A program made the position numbers and the translations under genes. A DNA stretch of 64,000 nt from the human T2T-CHM13v2.0 reference genome, Homo sapiens. Below, piece after piece: positions 28,424 to 40,709 of the stretch. The notes beneath the pieces were generated by a model, which was not told the origin of the DNA, made no database searches, and saw only the letters and a program-made list of their open reading frames with translations. Location: assembly GCF_009914755.1 (NCBI RefSeq), contig NC_060940.1; one strand, given 5' to 3'. Numbering within the stretch: the stretch's first letter is position 1; every line of letters starts with the position of its first letter.

Positions 28424-28712
28424 GGCCAGGCGTGGTGGCTCAAGCCTGTAATCCCAGCACTTTGGGAGGCCAAGGCAGGTGGATCACAAGGTCAGGAGTT
28501 TGAGACCAGCCTGGCCAACATAGTGAAACCCCATCACTACTAAACATACAGAAATTAGCCGGGCATGGTTGCACATGCCTGTAATCTCAGCTACTTGGGA
28601 GCCTAAGGCAGGAGAATCGCTTGAACCCAGGAGGCGGAGGTTGCGGTGAGCCCAGATTGCACCACTGCACTCCAGCCTTGGCAACAAAGGGAGACTCCGT
28701 CTGAAAACAAAA
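28424..28712 (+). mobile_element. AluS
   Basis: Full Alu dimer. Confidence 0.95.
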
Positions 28713-28804
28713 AGGGGGGGTTTAGGAGAAATAGGAATTTAGTGATTTCTAAAGATAAGTAGAATTTGTTCTTATTCACCATTTCCTTGTCCTGATCATG
28801 GACT

Positions 28805-29360
28805 ATGCAAAAAAGAGCTCACACAACAGGCCTGAGACTGCTGTTCCTAGAAAGACCTGCCTACAAGGTTGGCCTCAGCTGGTATGTAGAATCTTGGATG
28901 TGGGGAGGGCTCCCACTCTCTTAGCTGATAAGAGTGACTCACTGCACCTAAACTGCTTGCGCGAACAAATGTGGTTTATGCTGAATATCTGTTTTCCCTC
29001 TGGGAGTCAAGAATTTTGCTAATGCCATGTGGAGGGTGTCTACGTGACCAGCCCCCCAAAAAAAACCCTGAATGTTGAGTCTTCGGTGAGCTTCCCTGAT
29101 GGAGAACATTTCACATATGTTGTCACAACTTGCTCCTGGAATTAAGCACGTCCGGTGTGACCCCACTGGGAGCAGACTCCTGCAAGCTGGTACCTGGTTT
29201 CCCCAGGATGTTGCCCCATGTGCCTTTTTTCTGTGCTGTTTTCCCTGCGTATTTTCCCTGTGATAAGTTTTAACCATTGAATATGACAATGTGCTGTGTT
29301 CTGTGGGCCTTCCTGGCAAATCACTGAACCTGGGAGTGGTCTTCGGGACCCCCAGCACAC
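28805..29360 (+). mobile_element. ERVL solo LTR (MER68/MER21/MER77 group)
   Basis: 'aggcctgagactgct...cgtgaccagccccc...atcactgaacctgggagtggtcttcgggacccccagcaca'. Confidence 0.75.
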
Positions 29361-29584
29361 AAACCCACCTAACTAAGCCCCCTTTGACAGCATGTATCAG
29401 ATCCAAGGCAACTAAAGGGATGGGAATGTCTGGAGCAGCATAGAAGTGGGAGTTTGGCTGGGACAAGAGAGACAGGTGGCTCTTTTGAGAGACCTGCCTA
29501 TGGGGGAGGGATGAATGAGCACTTTAGAATTCTGGGTCACCCAGCACATGGGTCAACCAATGCATGTTAAAGAAGGTTTCTACT

Positions 29585-30200
29585 CTCATTCATTCCCTCA
29601 TGCATGCATTCAACAACTGAGTACCTACCCACTCAGTGTGTGCGGGCCACTCTTCTAGATTCTATGTATGAAGGGTTAAGTAAGATAGATGAGGTCACTG
29701 CCCCTTGGAGCTCACATTCTAAGTTGTAGAGCTGGCCAGGGAAGGAGGCAGACTTCAGAGAGACCATCCAGAGTGGCTTCTCTAGGGAACACAGAGGCCT
29801 TGGTGTTGGAGCTGAGATCCTACAAAGCACAAGACACACATGAGAAAATCTAAGACTTATCCGATGAGGCAAGTAGAAATGTGTTGAGACCAGAAATAAT
29901 TTACTAATTTCAAGGAATGAAAGGAAGGCCAGCGAGTCTGTAACTTAGGGAGGCTGAGGAAAGAGGTAGAAAATGCAGGTAGAAAGTCAGGCAGGTCCAG
30001 ATGGATCCTCTAGGACCTTAGAGACCATGGTTAAGAGTTTGGATTTTATTCTATACCCCATGGGAAGTCATTGGTGGGTTTTAAGCCGGGGATTCACACT
30101 CTGTGATTTAACACTGGCTGCTCTTTGGAGAATGGACTGTAGCAAGCAGAAGAGAAGCAAAGAATCAGGTGCATTGCAGTGGTCTACACAAAAGACGATC
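29585..30200 (-). mobile_element. L2 fragment
   Basis: 'cattcaacaa..tgagtacct..gagctcacattcta..gagtttggattttattcta'. Confidence 0.75.
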
Positions 30201-31266
30201 CCTAGTCGTCTTACCACCTGCCTCCTACAATAACCAAAGAAAGTGGACCCACACCACAGCTACCTCGGTCCACTGCATGTGTGGAAGGTGATGATTCTCT
30301 TGGGCATGATATATATTACTTGTTGTCATGGTAGGGATCAGAATGTCTGTAAAAAGCAAAGTTTTGGTCCATGTGCCATCAGAAGATGCCAGCTGCCATA
30401 TGCCAGTCAGAATTGTCATGTGCTAGAGCCTCATGCAGATGTCCACAGGATTTCACCAGGAGCTCTGGGATGCCTGGGAAGGGGATCCAGGGAAGGGACT
30501 GGAGATGTCAAGAGCTCCTGCCCTGTTCTCAGCTGTTATGGAGTCACAGAAGGTCATACCTACATGAAAGGCAAGGCAAGAAGTATCCCATCCTCCCAAC
30601 CCCAAGAGGCCCTGCCCAGGCCACTCACTGGACAACTCTTCTTGTCCACATCTGCTGGTTGTGGCACCCCATCCCTGGGAAATTTGCTAATTTCAAGGAA
30701 TTAAAGAAAGGCCAGTGAGTCTGTAACTTCGGAAGGCTGAGGAAAGAGATAGAAAATGCAGGTAGAAAGTCAGGCAGGTCCAGATGGATCCTCTAGGGCC
30801 CTAGAGACCATGGCAGTCCTTTCTGTTTACTGAGACTGCTTTCTTTGGCTCTGGTTTCCTGGGACAGGAAGAGAACAGTACCCTGGACTGTGATGGGCTG
30901 TGACTGTCTAACTAATCTAGGATTCTGGAATTCACTAGCCATTCAATTTTATCCATACATTTTGTCAGAAGATTTGAAATATGCCCTTTACTTTACACTC
31001 AGGGCCATAGCTACATGAGCTATTTTAAGATAGTGTATTTCCTTCAATTGGGAGTTCTGTCTCTTTCTGGTTCTGCTTTTAATAATAAATACGGGGTCCA
31101 GTGGACTGAAATTAAATAGGGTGTGAAGAATTCCCCTACTGTTTCCCTTCTTTCCTACAGTTTTACAGGGTTGTTTGTATCCTTCAGCAGGAATATAAAA
31201 ATACCCTGTATCTCCTCTCCTTTCGTAGTTTTTATTTTCTACGTTTCTCATAGTCTTTCCTATCCT

Positions 31267-31286
31267 ACTATATATATGTGTGTGTG

Positions 31287-31319
<33 letters not shown>

Positions 31320-31352
31320 ATATATATGTGTGTATATATATGCCATATATAG
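31267..31352. repeat. Compound (TA)n/(TG)n microsatellite
   Basis: Direct reading. Confidence 0.95.
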
Positions 31353-31587
31353 AGATAGATCCATCTTCCATCTATTACTATATCTATAATCTCCCTATAT
31401 ATAAATTTGATACGTATATAATCTGTGCCATGTCTAGTGCTCTGCTATATTGCATTGATCCATTTGGCTATTGTGCACTAATTGCCCAATATTACTTTAT
31501 GACATTTTTAAGTCTAAACTGAAAGGAAAGCTATGCTCAGTCATGTAATGCTGGCAACCATGCTGCGCAAACATGGGTCCCCTACAT

Positions 31588-31833
31588 CAGGGGTCCCCAA
31601 CTCCTGGGCCACGGACGGCCCCAACCCCTGGGCCACAACATCAGATTGTTATTGGAGCACAAATCCTATTGTGAACTGCACACACAAGGGATCTACGCGG
31701 CACACTCCTTATGAGAATCTAATGCCTGAACTGAGGAGGAACAGTTTCATCTCCAAGCCATCCCCCACCTGTTCATGGAAAAATTGTCTTCCACGAAACC
31801 AGTCCATGGTGCCAAAGAGGTTGGGGACTGCTG
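31588..31833. mobile_element. MER1B-like hAT-Charlie element, internally rearranged
   Basis: Terminal repeats caggggtccccaac / gttggggactgctg; 8-bp TSD ccctac(a/c)t. Confidence 0.85.
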
Positions 31834-32269
31834 CCCTACCTCACAGAAAGCGAGTGACCCCAAGAAGCCTGCAGAAGGGACTTGTCAAACCTTTGATCTC
31901 TTTCACCTTCCCACCAATACTTGAGCCCCTGAGGGCAGAAGCTGGCAGCCCTTGGCTCTGGAAGTCCTTCCAGGTCAACAGCTGGCCCTGGCCACTTGCC
32001 TGGAAGCTTTCTTCCCTGCTCCGAGGGGGCCCTGCTGAGAGTGAGCCCCCCTTCCAGGGTGGCGCAGGCCCCAGTAACCCCCACTGCGCTGCCTGCGACT
32101 CGAATTCTGTTAATCAGTTTGCCTTGCGTCTCCCAACACCGACACCCAGAAGAGGCCGAGGCTTGGCAAGCACTCAGAGCAGCTTCTGTGAAGCTACATT
32201 ACAGGCTGAAATGAGCTCAGCTTTTAATTTGATTTTTTTTTTCCTGTAACAAGCAAAGTTCACATTACA

Positions 32270-32480
32270 GATAAATTGCCCGGAAATTCCAATTTAATAA
32301 GGCGTATGCATTTTTCAGGCCTAGAAGCATTGAAAACATCTTGCACGCTAGTATTTTTACACTGAAAGGTTTATTAAAAAGACAGCTTTGAAAATGTCAG
32401 AAATTTACATAGCGCGCCTGGCCGATTGGTCAAAAAGCCTGATTGGACAAAAGCGCACGGAAGCCAGGAAGCGGGAGAGC
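32270..32480. promoter_or_regulatory. Candidate intronic promoter/enhancer (two CCAAT boxes, ETS sites, NF-kB-like site)
   Basis: gattgg at 32424 and 32441; cggaag/aggaag at 32458-32471; ggaaattcc at 32282; locally elevated CpG. Confidence 0.4.
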
Positions 32481-32584
32481 AGGCTGTTCCGTGGTCTTGA
32501 GCTGTTCTCCCTCCACATCGGGAACGATGGCTCCACCGTTCATTGTCTCCACCCAGCTCTTAGTTCATGTTACATGGGTGCTCA

Positions 32585-33028
<444 letters not shown>

Positions 33029-33538
33029 AAGCAAACAGAGGGGAGCAGAAAGAGTCCTGTGAAAACTCAGTTAAATAGCACAGCTCTGGATACTTGATTA
33101 TTTTTTTAAGGAGGAAAAAGAGTGAGACATTGTCCTGTAAAATCATCCAAACCCTGGCTTTCCCTGGAAATGTGGCGCAGGCAGGCCTAACCGTGCTGAG
33201 TATTGTTTCTGAGGACTGCCTCCGAGTTCATGTCTCTAAGCATTTTATTGAATACAACTGCTTCTTTGACAAGAAACAAGCAAACATGCTAATTGTACAA
33301 CAAAATTATGACATCATGGGACAAAAAAGGAATGACAGAGGGAGCATCAAAGAGCATTGCTTGTACGCCAAACATGAAAGCCAAATTTATTTAATTCAGT
33401 TTTTATTTATCTTCTAAACTGAGTTGAGTAATCAGGCAATAGAATGCGGTTCATTTAAAACTTTCATTATTTCAAATATGTTGAACCACTACCAATCACT
33501 CCTGGATCAACAGGAAACTTGCTACCTGATGAGTTGCC

Positions 33539-33552
33539 TTTTTTCTTTTTTC

Positions 33553-33580
<28 letters not shown>
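33539..33580. repeat. Poly(T) tract (T28 uninterrupted)
   Basis: Direct reading. Confidence 0.95.
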
Positions 33581-33583
<3 letters not shown>

Positions 33584-35909
33584 TTTTCCATCCCCATGAT
33601 TGTTCCAACAGAAGGAGAAAAGATGTAATAAACCTTTACCGGGCACCGTCTGCGTCCAGGCACTCTACTCGGCCCTGGGGGTGCAGAGCACACCACCCCA
33701 GCCTTAGGCATGAAAAACACTGTGTACCGAGAAGCCCAGCCCCTGGAATCCAGCATGCTGGTGCTACATTCCAGCTCTGTCTCTTATTAACTGGGCCGCT
33801 TTTGATAAGTTGCTAAGCCTCTCTGATTCTTGGTTACCTCAACCTTAAAACAAGGATGATACCCACTTCATCAGGTTGTCATGAGTCACAAAAATAAATG
33901 TAGTGATGCTCTTAAAGGGTTTAGCACCAAGCTGGGCCCAAGGAAGCATTCTGTGTGTCTATTGACCAACTTTTACCTATCCTGACACCAAGGAGCTTAG
34001 AGTTTAGTGGAGATGGCAGAGCCGTCAGGGCCCGTGTTAGGCTCCCAAAGGCATTTTTACCAGTGCATGTGCCTCGCACAGACCTAGTGAGGTGATTAAT
34101 TCTACTGGGAAAGTCACACTGGATGAACGAGAGGAGACGTATGAGTGGGGTCTTGAAACAGTAAAAATTTGCCAGGTGGAAGCATAAATGACTCTTTAAA
34201 TGAAAGCCTGGTGTTTTTAAAGCAGTTCATTCTCATGAGTAATTCATCGCTTCTGTTTTCACAAAATAGTGAAAGGATCATTGCAGCAGCAAGGGCATGT
34301 GGAAGCCCTGCGTTCGCCTCATCCGTTTTCCCCATCTGTCCCCTGTCACAGTTGCAGCATCAAAACATTGTTCCCCTAGGCTCTGCTGAGTCGGATGTTT
34401 CTGAAACATTCCAGGGGACCGTGTGAGTCACATCAGGGAGGACACACAGGGCCATGACCCCAGTGAGCCATTAACACACCCATAGCCTGACTCTGCAACG
34501 GCTGCCCCGAGGGCGCCCCGCACAAGACCAAGCCCTTTGTGTCAGCTTCAGTTTGCCCTCACAGCTACCCCAGAACACCACTGGGACTGTCCCCGAGTCA
34601 CAGAGGAGGAAGTAGAAACACAGAGAAGTAGCTTGCCAGGCTCACTGTTAGAACCCAGGTCCTTTCCTCTCCAGAGTCCATGACTCTAACACTCATGTGA
34701 TGCTGGCAATGTGAACGGCTGGGGGGAAGCAGCAGAGGGTGACAGCAGGCCTTGGCACCAGAGATCCAGCCTGCGAATCCCAACCATGCCCCATATTAGC
34801 CAATGATCTTGGCAAAGTTCACATAACTCTAGGCCTCTCAGTTCCTCATCTGTAAAAGGGGAGGAATAATATTATCAACCTCCCAGGGCTGGTGTGAGGG
34901 CTGAAGGCATAGATGCTGGAAGCTCCTGGAGCGGTGTCCAGCCGGCGCAATGTAAGGCTCGATGCTGCTGCAGCTGTATTACTATTAATATTAAAGGGAG
35001 GCTGCACCCCGAGGCTGTTTTAGGAAAGAACAGGCCAGACGCCTTCCAGGAAGCATCAGCAGGAGCCTCTCCTGGCGTCCTTCTGCAGTTTGGGGGTCTG
35101 GTACATCCACTTTGCAGGACAAAAACTTGATTTGATTCTCAGGTCAGTTCACATGACCCCAACACAAAAAGGATTGATACCAACCCAGACCGCCTCTGTG
35201 TGAATTAAATTTACAACAGCGCTGTATCAGAGCATCTGTCAATGCTGACTGGAAGCCCAAAGACCTCCAGATGGTTGGTTCTGAGACTCCAGGAGAGGCT
35301 GGGAACACTCGGAGGGGCTCTGGATGGTGGCCAGGCGAGGGTGGTAGGTGAATTGCTGTCTGTCCTGGGTCGCCATGAGGCTTGTGGTGACTGCATAGAT
35401 GCCCATTCCCTTTGTCAGCCAGAAATTTCTTATTCCCTGGCTCCCCTTCTCAACAACCCAAGTTGACCATCCCTTCTTCAGTGACCACAGCCTCCCCCAG
35501 GTAACAATCCCATTGCAGCCCCCAAGATGACCTTTAAGTCATGGACAAGGGCAGTTCTTCTTCTCCTTGGCCACACAGGAGGCATCCCTCTGGCTTCCAC
35601 CTACATCTGAATAATCCCACCCACCACACTTCGATTCAACTTAACTCTATCCTCAGAGGCCACCTTTTCTCAGAATTCGTATCTTCTTCGAAGTAAGATC
35701 CTTCAGGTGAAACATACCTGCTGACCACCCACCCTGAGTCACTAAGTTAGCTGGGAAGCAGCAGTTTTGAGTGTGGGTTCAGGGTCGCAGCTCCAAGGTC
35801 AGACCACCTGGGCCCACGTCCTGACTCTACGATTTGCGTAGCTGTTGGTTTGTGCCTCAGAGTCCTCATCTGTAAGTGGGGATACTATACCTACTATAAT
35901 AAATTAGTA

Positions 35910-36338
35910 ATGCCACGGTAACAAAGTATTGCAAACATGGAGGCTAGAAATTTATTCTCCCACAGTTCTGGAGGACAGAAGTCCAAAATCAGTCTAACTG
36001 AGTCAAAACCAAGACGTTGGCAGGGCCACGTTCCATCTAGAGGTCTAGGGGAGGGTCCTTCCTGCCACTCCCCACTTCTGGTGGCTGCAGCATTCCTTGG
36101 TTTGTGGCCACATCACTCCAATCTCTGCCTCCACGGTCGTGTGGTCTTCTCCTTTTCTGTGTCTCAAATCTCCTCTGCCTCCCCCTGAGGACACTTCTGA
36201 TTGCATTTAGCAAACCACAAACAACCCCAAGATAACTCAAAATAATCTCATCTCAAAGACCTTAACTCAGCTCTGCAAAGTCTTTGCTCTATGAAGTAAC
36301 ATTCCCAAGTTCCAGGATTAGGAGGTAGATATCTTTTT
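35910..36338 (-). mobile_element. MaLR solo LTR (MLT1C/E-like)
   Basis: 'agaaatttattctcccacagttctggagg..cattccttggtttgtggcc..atcactccaatctctgcctcc'. Confidence 0.8.
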
Positions 36339-37015
36339 CCCGTGAAGACTCGGGGTTAACTTGCTCCAAGCCCTTCAGTTGGAGATTTTCAATCCTGTTG
36401 GTTAAATCAGGTTTTAAACATCCTTAGACCCAAATCTGGCCATACAAGGCAGAGAAAATCAACTTCATGCATCTTTACCAGTGTAAAGATTCCCATGTCA
36501 CTTCATGGGGATGTACTTCAAAGATGGGTAGGAAATGGCAGCAAAGTGCCAACAGCATCTTTCTGGCTTAGGTCTGCAAGTGGCACATTATCCAAGCCAC
36601 CCAATTCAAAGAAAGCTGAGTCATGCCCAGTTGAGTCTCCCTGATAGATAAGACTATTATTTCTTACTCTATGCATCTATATTGTTTAAATCTCAAAAGA
36701 GCAACCTCAAAACAAGTAACATTTTAAAATCTTGGATGGTTTCCCATTATCCAAAGTCAAAACCCCTTAAAACAGTAGTTCAGGTTCTCTATAATATTGT
36801 CTAATCTGTTTCTCAAAACTCATTAACTTTTAGTTCCCTTAAAGAAACTGTTTCAAACACAACCCTCTACTTTCTAGTCCCTAAATATCTGTATATTCAA
36901 CAAATATTTAGTGTCGCATATGGGCTAAGCAGTGTTCAAGCAGCTGGTGTCACAGCAGTGAACAAATTTCTTGCCCTCGCGTAAACTACATCCTAATGAA
37001 TGTTTCTGTTCCATC

Positions 37016-37359
37016 TGTAATAGTTTGGCTGTGTCCTCACCCAAGTCTCATCTTGAATTCCCACATATTATGGGAGGGACCCTGTGGGAGGTAATCGAAT
37101 CATAGGGGCGGGTCTTTCCCATGCTGTTCTCGTGATAGTGAATAAGTCCCATGAGATATGATGGTTTTATAAAGGGAAACCCATTTTGCTTGGTTTCACT
37201 CTCTCGTCTGCCACCACGTAAGACATGCCTTTCACCTTCCGCCATGATTGCGAGGCCTCCTTAGCCACATGGAACTGTGAGTCTATTAAAACTCTTTCTT
37301 TTGTAAATCACTCAGTCTTGAGTATGTCTTTATCAACAGTGTGAAGATGGACTAATACA
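37016..37359 (+). mobile_element. THE1 (THE1B-like) solo LTR
   Basis: 'tagtttggctgtgtcc...ggactaataca' termini; internal TATAAA and attaaa. Confidence 0.92.
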
Positions 37360-37916
37360 ATTTGTTAACTCATATTCTCTCTTCCTGGTTTGTCTGTCCT
37401 CTCACTCTCTGATGACATCCTATCTATTCCTCCTGTCTTGGTTTGGATGCTGCATTCTCTGTGAGGTGCCCAATATTGCCCTGGATCAGAGGTAGTGAGT
37501 TCTTCCTCCAAGCATTGATGTGCCCTGCTTGTACCTTCACAACAGCACTTCTCCCACTAGTCCACATACGAGATACATCTGAGGTGTGAAAGAAACAAGA
37601 CTGGACGTGGACTCAGGATTTGGGCTGTGAATTCTGCTTTGCTTCTGTGAGAGCTTGGCAGATGGCAAGAACATCTTCCTCCTGGGAGTGTCAAGAGGAA
37701 TAAAGGAGGCACACATGCAAAGTGCTTAACACAAAGCAGACCCAGAGTCAGTGGCCTCTTGACTTTGTGAATGAGCAACTGTAACAGAAATGATGGTTTT
37801 GGATTTTTGTTACCTAGGATCCAGCACCTAGCCTAGGAGCTCATGCCCTGCACTCTGTAAATGTTTCTTGAATCTACTTTGAATGCAGAGTCTGACATTG
37901 TGGGGATTTTTTTCAG

Positions 37917-38059
37917 GTATTCTGTTTACAAGGACCCAGCAGGTTGGCTGAATATTAACCCCATCAATGGGACTGTTGACACCACAGCTGTGCTGGACCG
38001 TGAGTCCCCATTTGTCGACAACAGCGTGTACACTGCTCTCTTCCTGGCAATTGACAGTG
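37917..38059 (+). CDS. CDH13: Internal coding exon of cadherin-13 (T-cadherin), 143 nt, phase 2 in / phase 1 out; probably exon 11, in repeat EC4
   Basis: Translation (R)[47 protein letters not shown](G) carries the cadherin LDRE motif and matches my recall of human CDH13. Acceptor ttttttcag| ends at 37916, a CTGAC branch-point-like motif sits at 37892-37896, and the donor GTG|gtgagt starts at 38060. Confidence 0.96.
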
Positions 38060-39824
38060 GTGAGTACTTGACAAAGACCATCAAGGGTATACTTTTCTGC
38101 TACAAATATACTTTTACATTTTTAAATTTCTTCTGATACACCCAGGGGTGTTCTTGGGAAGAATGTAAGTGTGTGGGAACAGCAAAGTAAATGTTTAAAT
38201 ATACACATGTTGAGTTCAGTAATATCTCCAAGTCCCAGAATCCTCAGATCTTTTTGGAAAGTGAATAATGTCTGGTGAGAGGTCAGAGCAATGAACTCAC
38301 CCTGTCCCATCTTGGGCAGGCGTGGAGGTTAGAAAGCCACGCTGATGTGCTTTGTCTTGGTGTCATGCTCTCATTTGCAAAGAGGCTCTTGGACTTAATA
38401 CAAGTTGAAAGTAAGTCCCAGAGGACATCACTGACCCTGACCATTGAATTGTTCTTGTAGCTTTTATCCTATTATGACACGCTGCCAAGGAAAGGCATCA
38501 GGTACACTCAGTTAGTGGCTGCACAACCACAAAGCAATTGCTGTTCGTTCAAAAGATGGTAATGCACTATCCATATGCCAGCCCCTGATTAGATGCTGGG
38601 GGCGCAGCAGTAAACAAAAAGAAAGCTGTCCTCATGGAGCTGATGTGCAGAAAGGAGGCAAAGTTCAAAGTGCCACGATTGTTCTCTGCTCCTTTGAGAT
38701 CAGACTGTAGGGCACAAGGGCAGAAGGAGGGCAACCTCTTAGGAGAGTGCATGGTAATCTATGCAAGATGGTGGCCTGGACCAGAGACTAGGAGGGGATG
38801 AGAAAAAGAGAGTTCCTATATACTTTGAATGCAGAGCTGACAGGATTTGCCGTTAACTGAGATGAGGGGATTCCAGTTGGTTTGGGGACATGTTAAGCTG
38901 CAATGTGTATTGTGTCAATCACACAAGAAGTTTTGTTCTCCCTATTATTCCTAAAAGCCAGCTGTTTATGGCTAAAGATTCAGTTTTGAGTCCTTCCATA
39001 TCAAGATGAATATTTATAGGTGCCCATTGTTATACTCCACAAGGGTGAACTAAGAGTTCTCAGTCCTGGTCCTCGTATGCCGGCTACTCACACAAACCAT
39101 TAGGAGACAAGTCTAAGAAGTGAGCAATCCATGTGACACACAATAAGTAGAGATTGCTTCAAAATAAAGGTGAGCCTTGGGGTTAGCCTTGAAAGACGGG
39201 TAGGATTCGGATGAGTGGCATTACCCAGAAATCCAAGGCAGAGGAATCAAAACTAGAAGGGGGCACAGCACAGGAGGTAAGAAAAGGAAAAAATAACTGT
39301 TGTGTCTGCTATAAGTGCATATGTAGGAATCTATTTGGATGTATGTGGAAAAGTCACATCTTCAAAGCCAGATGATTCATTTGATAGAACAGGGAACCAG
39401 GAGACCCTGAAACTTCTTGAGGAGGAAACTGACACGATGAAATATCAGGTGGACAATGTTCAGCAACTGAAAGCTGGACCAGATCTTGTGCTTGGTCCAG
39501 GAGACTCATGGATGAATAATACATGGTCCTTGTGTTCAGAGGGCTCATGAGTTATTTGGAAGGTTAGTCAAGTACACAGAAGATCACAGTAGAGTGTCCT
39601 AACTGTTCTGATGGAGCTAAGCCCAGAGAAGCCCCTGTCCAGCCTGGGGGGTAGTCATGGAGAGCTGCCTGAGAGAGGGGACATCTCACCTGCATGATGA
39701 AGGATATGTGGATTAAAGGTAGGGCATGCTAGTTCTGGTGTTGAGTTAGTTGGCAGCTTCTGATTGGTTAGCCTTAAGTTTCGTTTTTCTTTAACATAGT
39801 CATTTATAAGAAATAGCTCATGTT

Positions 39825-40125
<301 letters not shown>

Positions 40126-40247
40126 TCACGTTCAGTTTTGCTTATGTTTGCAAATCAAGCAAGGTTAAGGTGACTTATGACACCTAACTGGCTTTTTCTG
40201 CCCAGTGGTTCTTCAGGCCTAATTTCCATTTTAATTTACTTTAACAA

Positions 40248-40709
40248 TTGTTATGACTGAACTGTGTCCTCTCAATGTTGATGTATTGGAGTCCTAATCC
40301 CTGGTTCCATAGCATGTACCTTATTTGGAAGCAGGCTTGTTGCGGATGTGGTTAGTTAAGGTGAGGTCATGCTGGAGTAAGGTGGGCCCTGATCCAATAT
40401 GATTGATGTCTTCATCAAAGGGGGAATTTGAAGACAGGCATGCACACAGGGAGAACACCACATAAAATGAAGGCAGAGATCAGGGTGATGCTTCTGCAAG
40501 TCAAGGAGTTCCAAAGATTCCCTGTAAACTTCCAGCAGCTGGGGGAGAGGCTGGGAGGAGAGCCTTCCTCACATCCCTCAGCAGGAACCAAACCTGCAGA
40601 TGCTTCAGTCTTGGACTTCAGGCCTCCAGAACTGTAAGACAATAGATTTCTGTCGTGTAAGCCACTCCTTTGTGGCACTTTGTTATGGCAACTCTAGCAA
40701 AGTAATGCA
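40248..40709 (+). mobile_element. MLT1C-like solo LTR
   Basis: 'tgttatgactgaactgtgtcc...ggcctccagaactgtaagacaata...gtaatgca'. Confidence 0.85.

Noticed and set aside
31533-32249. 238-aa ORF
   Set aside because: Its first part is MER1B sequence, and it shows no recognisable domain or homology.
37861-38136. 91-aa ORF as a standalone gene
   Set aside because: Only the central ~48 codons are cadherin; the flanks are intron read-through beyond canonical splice sites.
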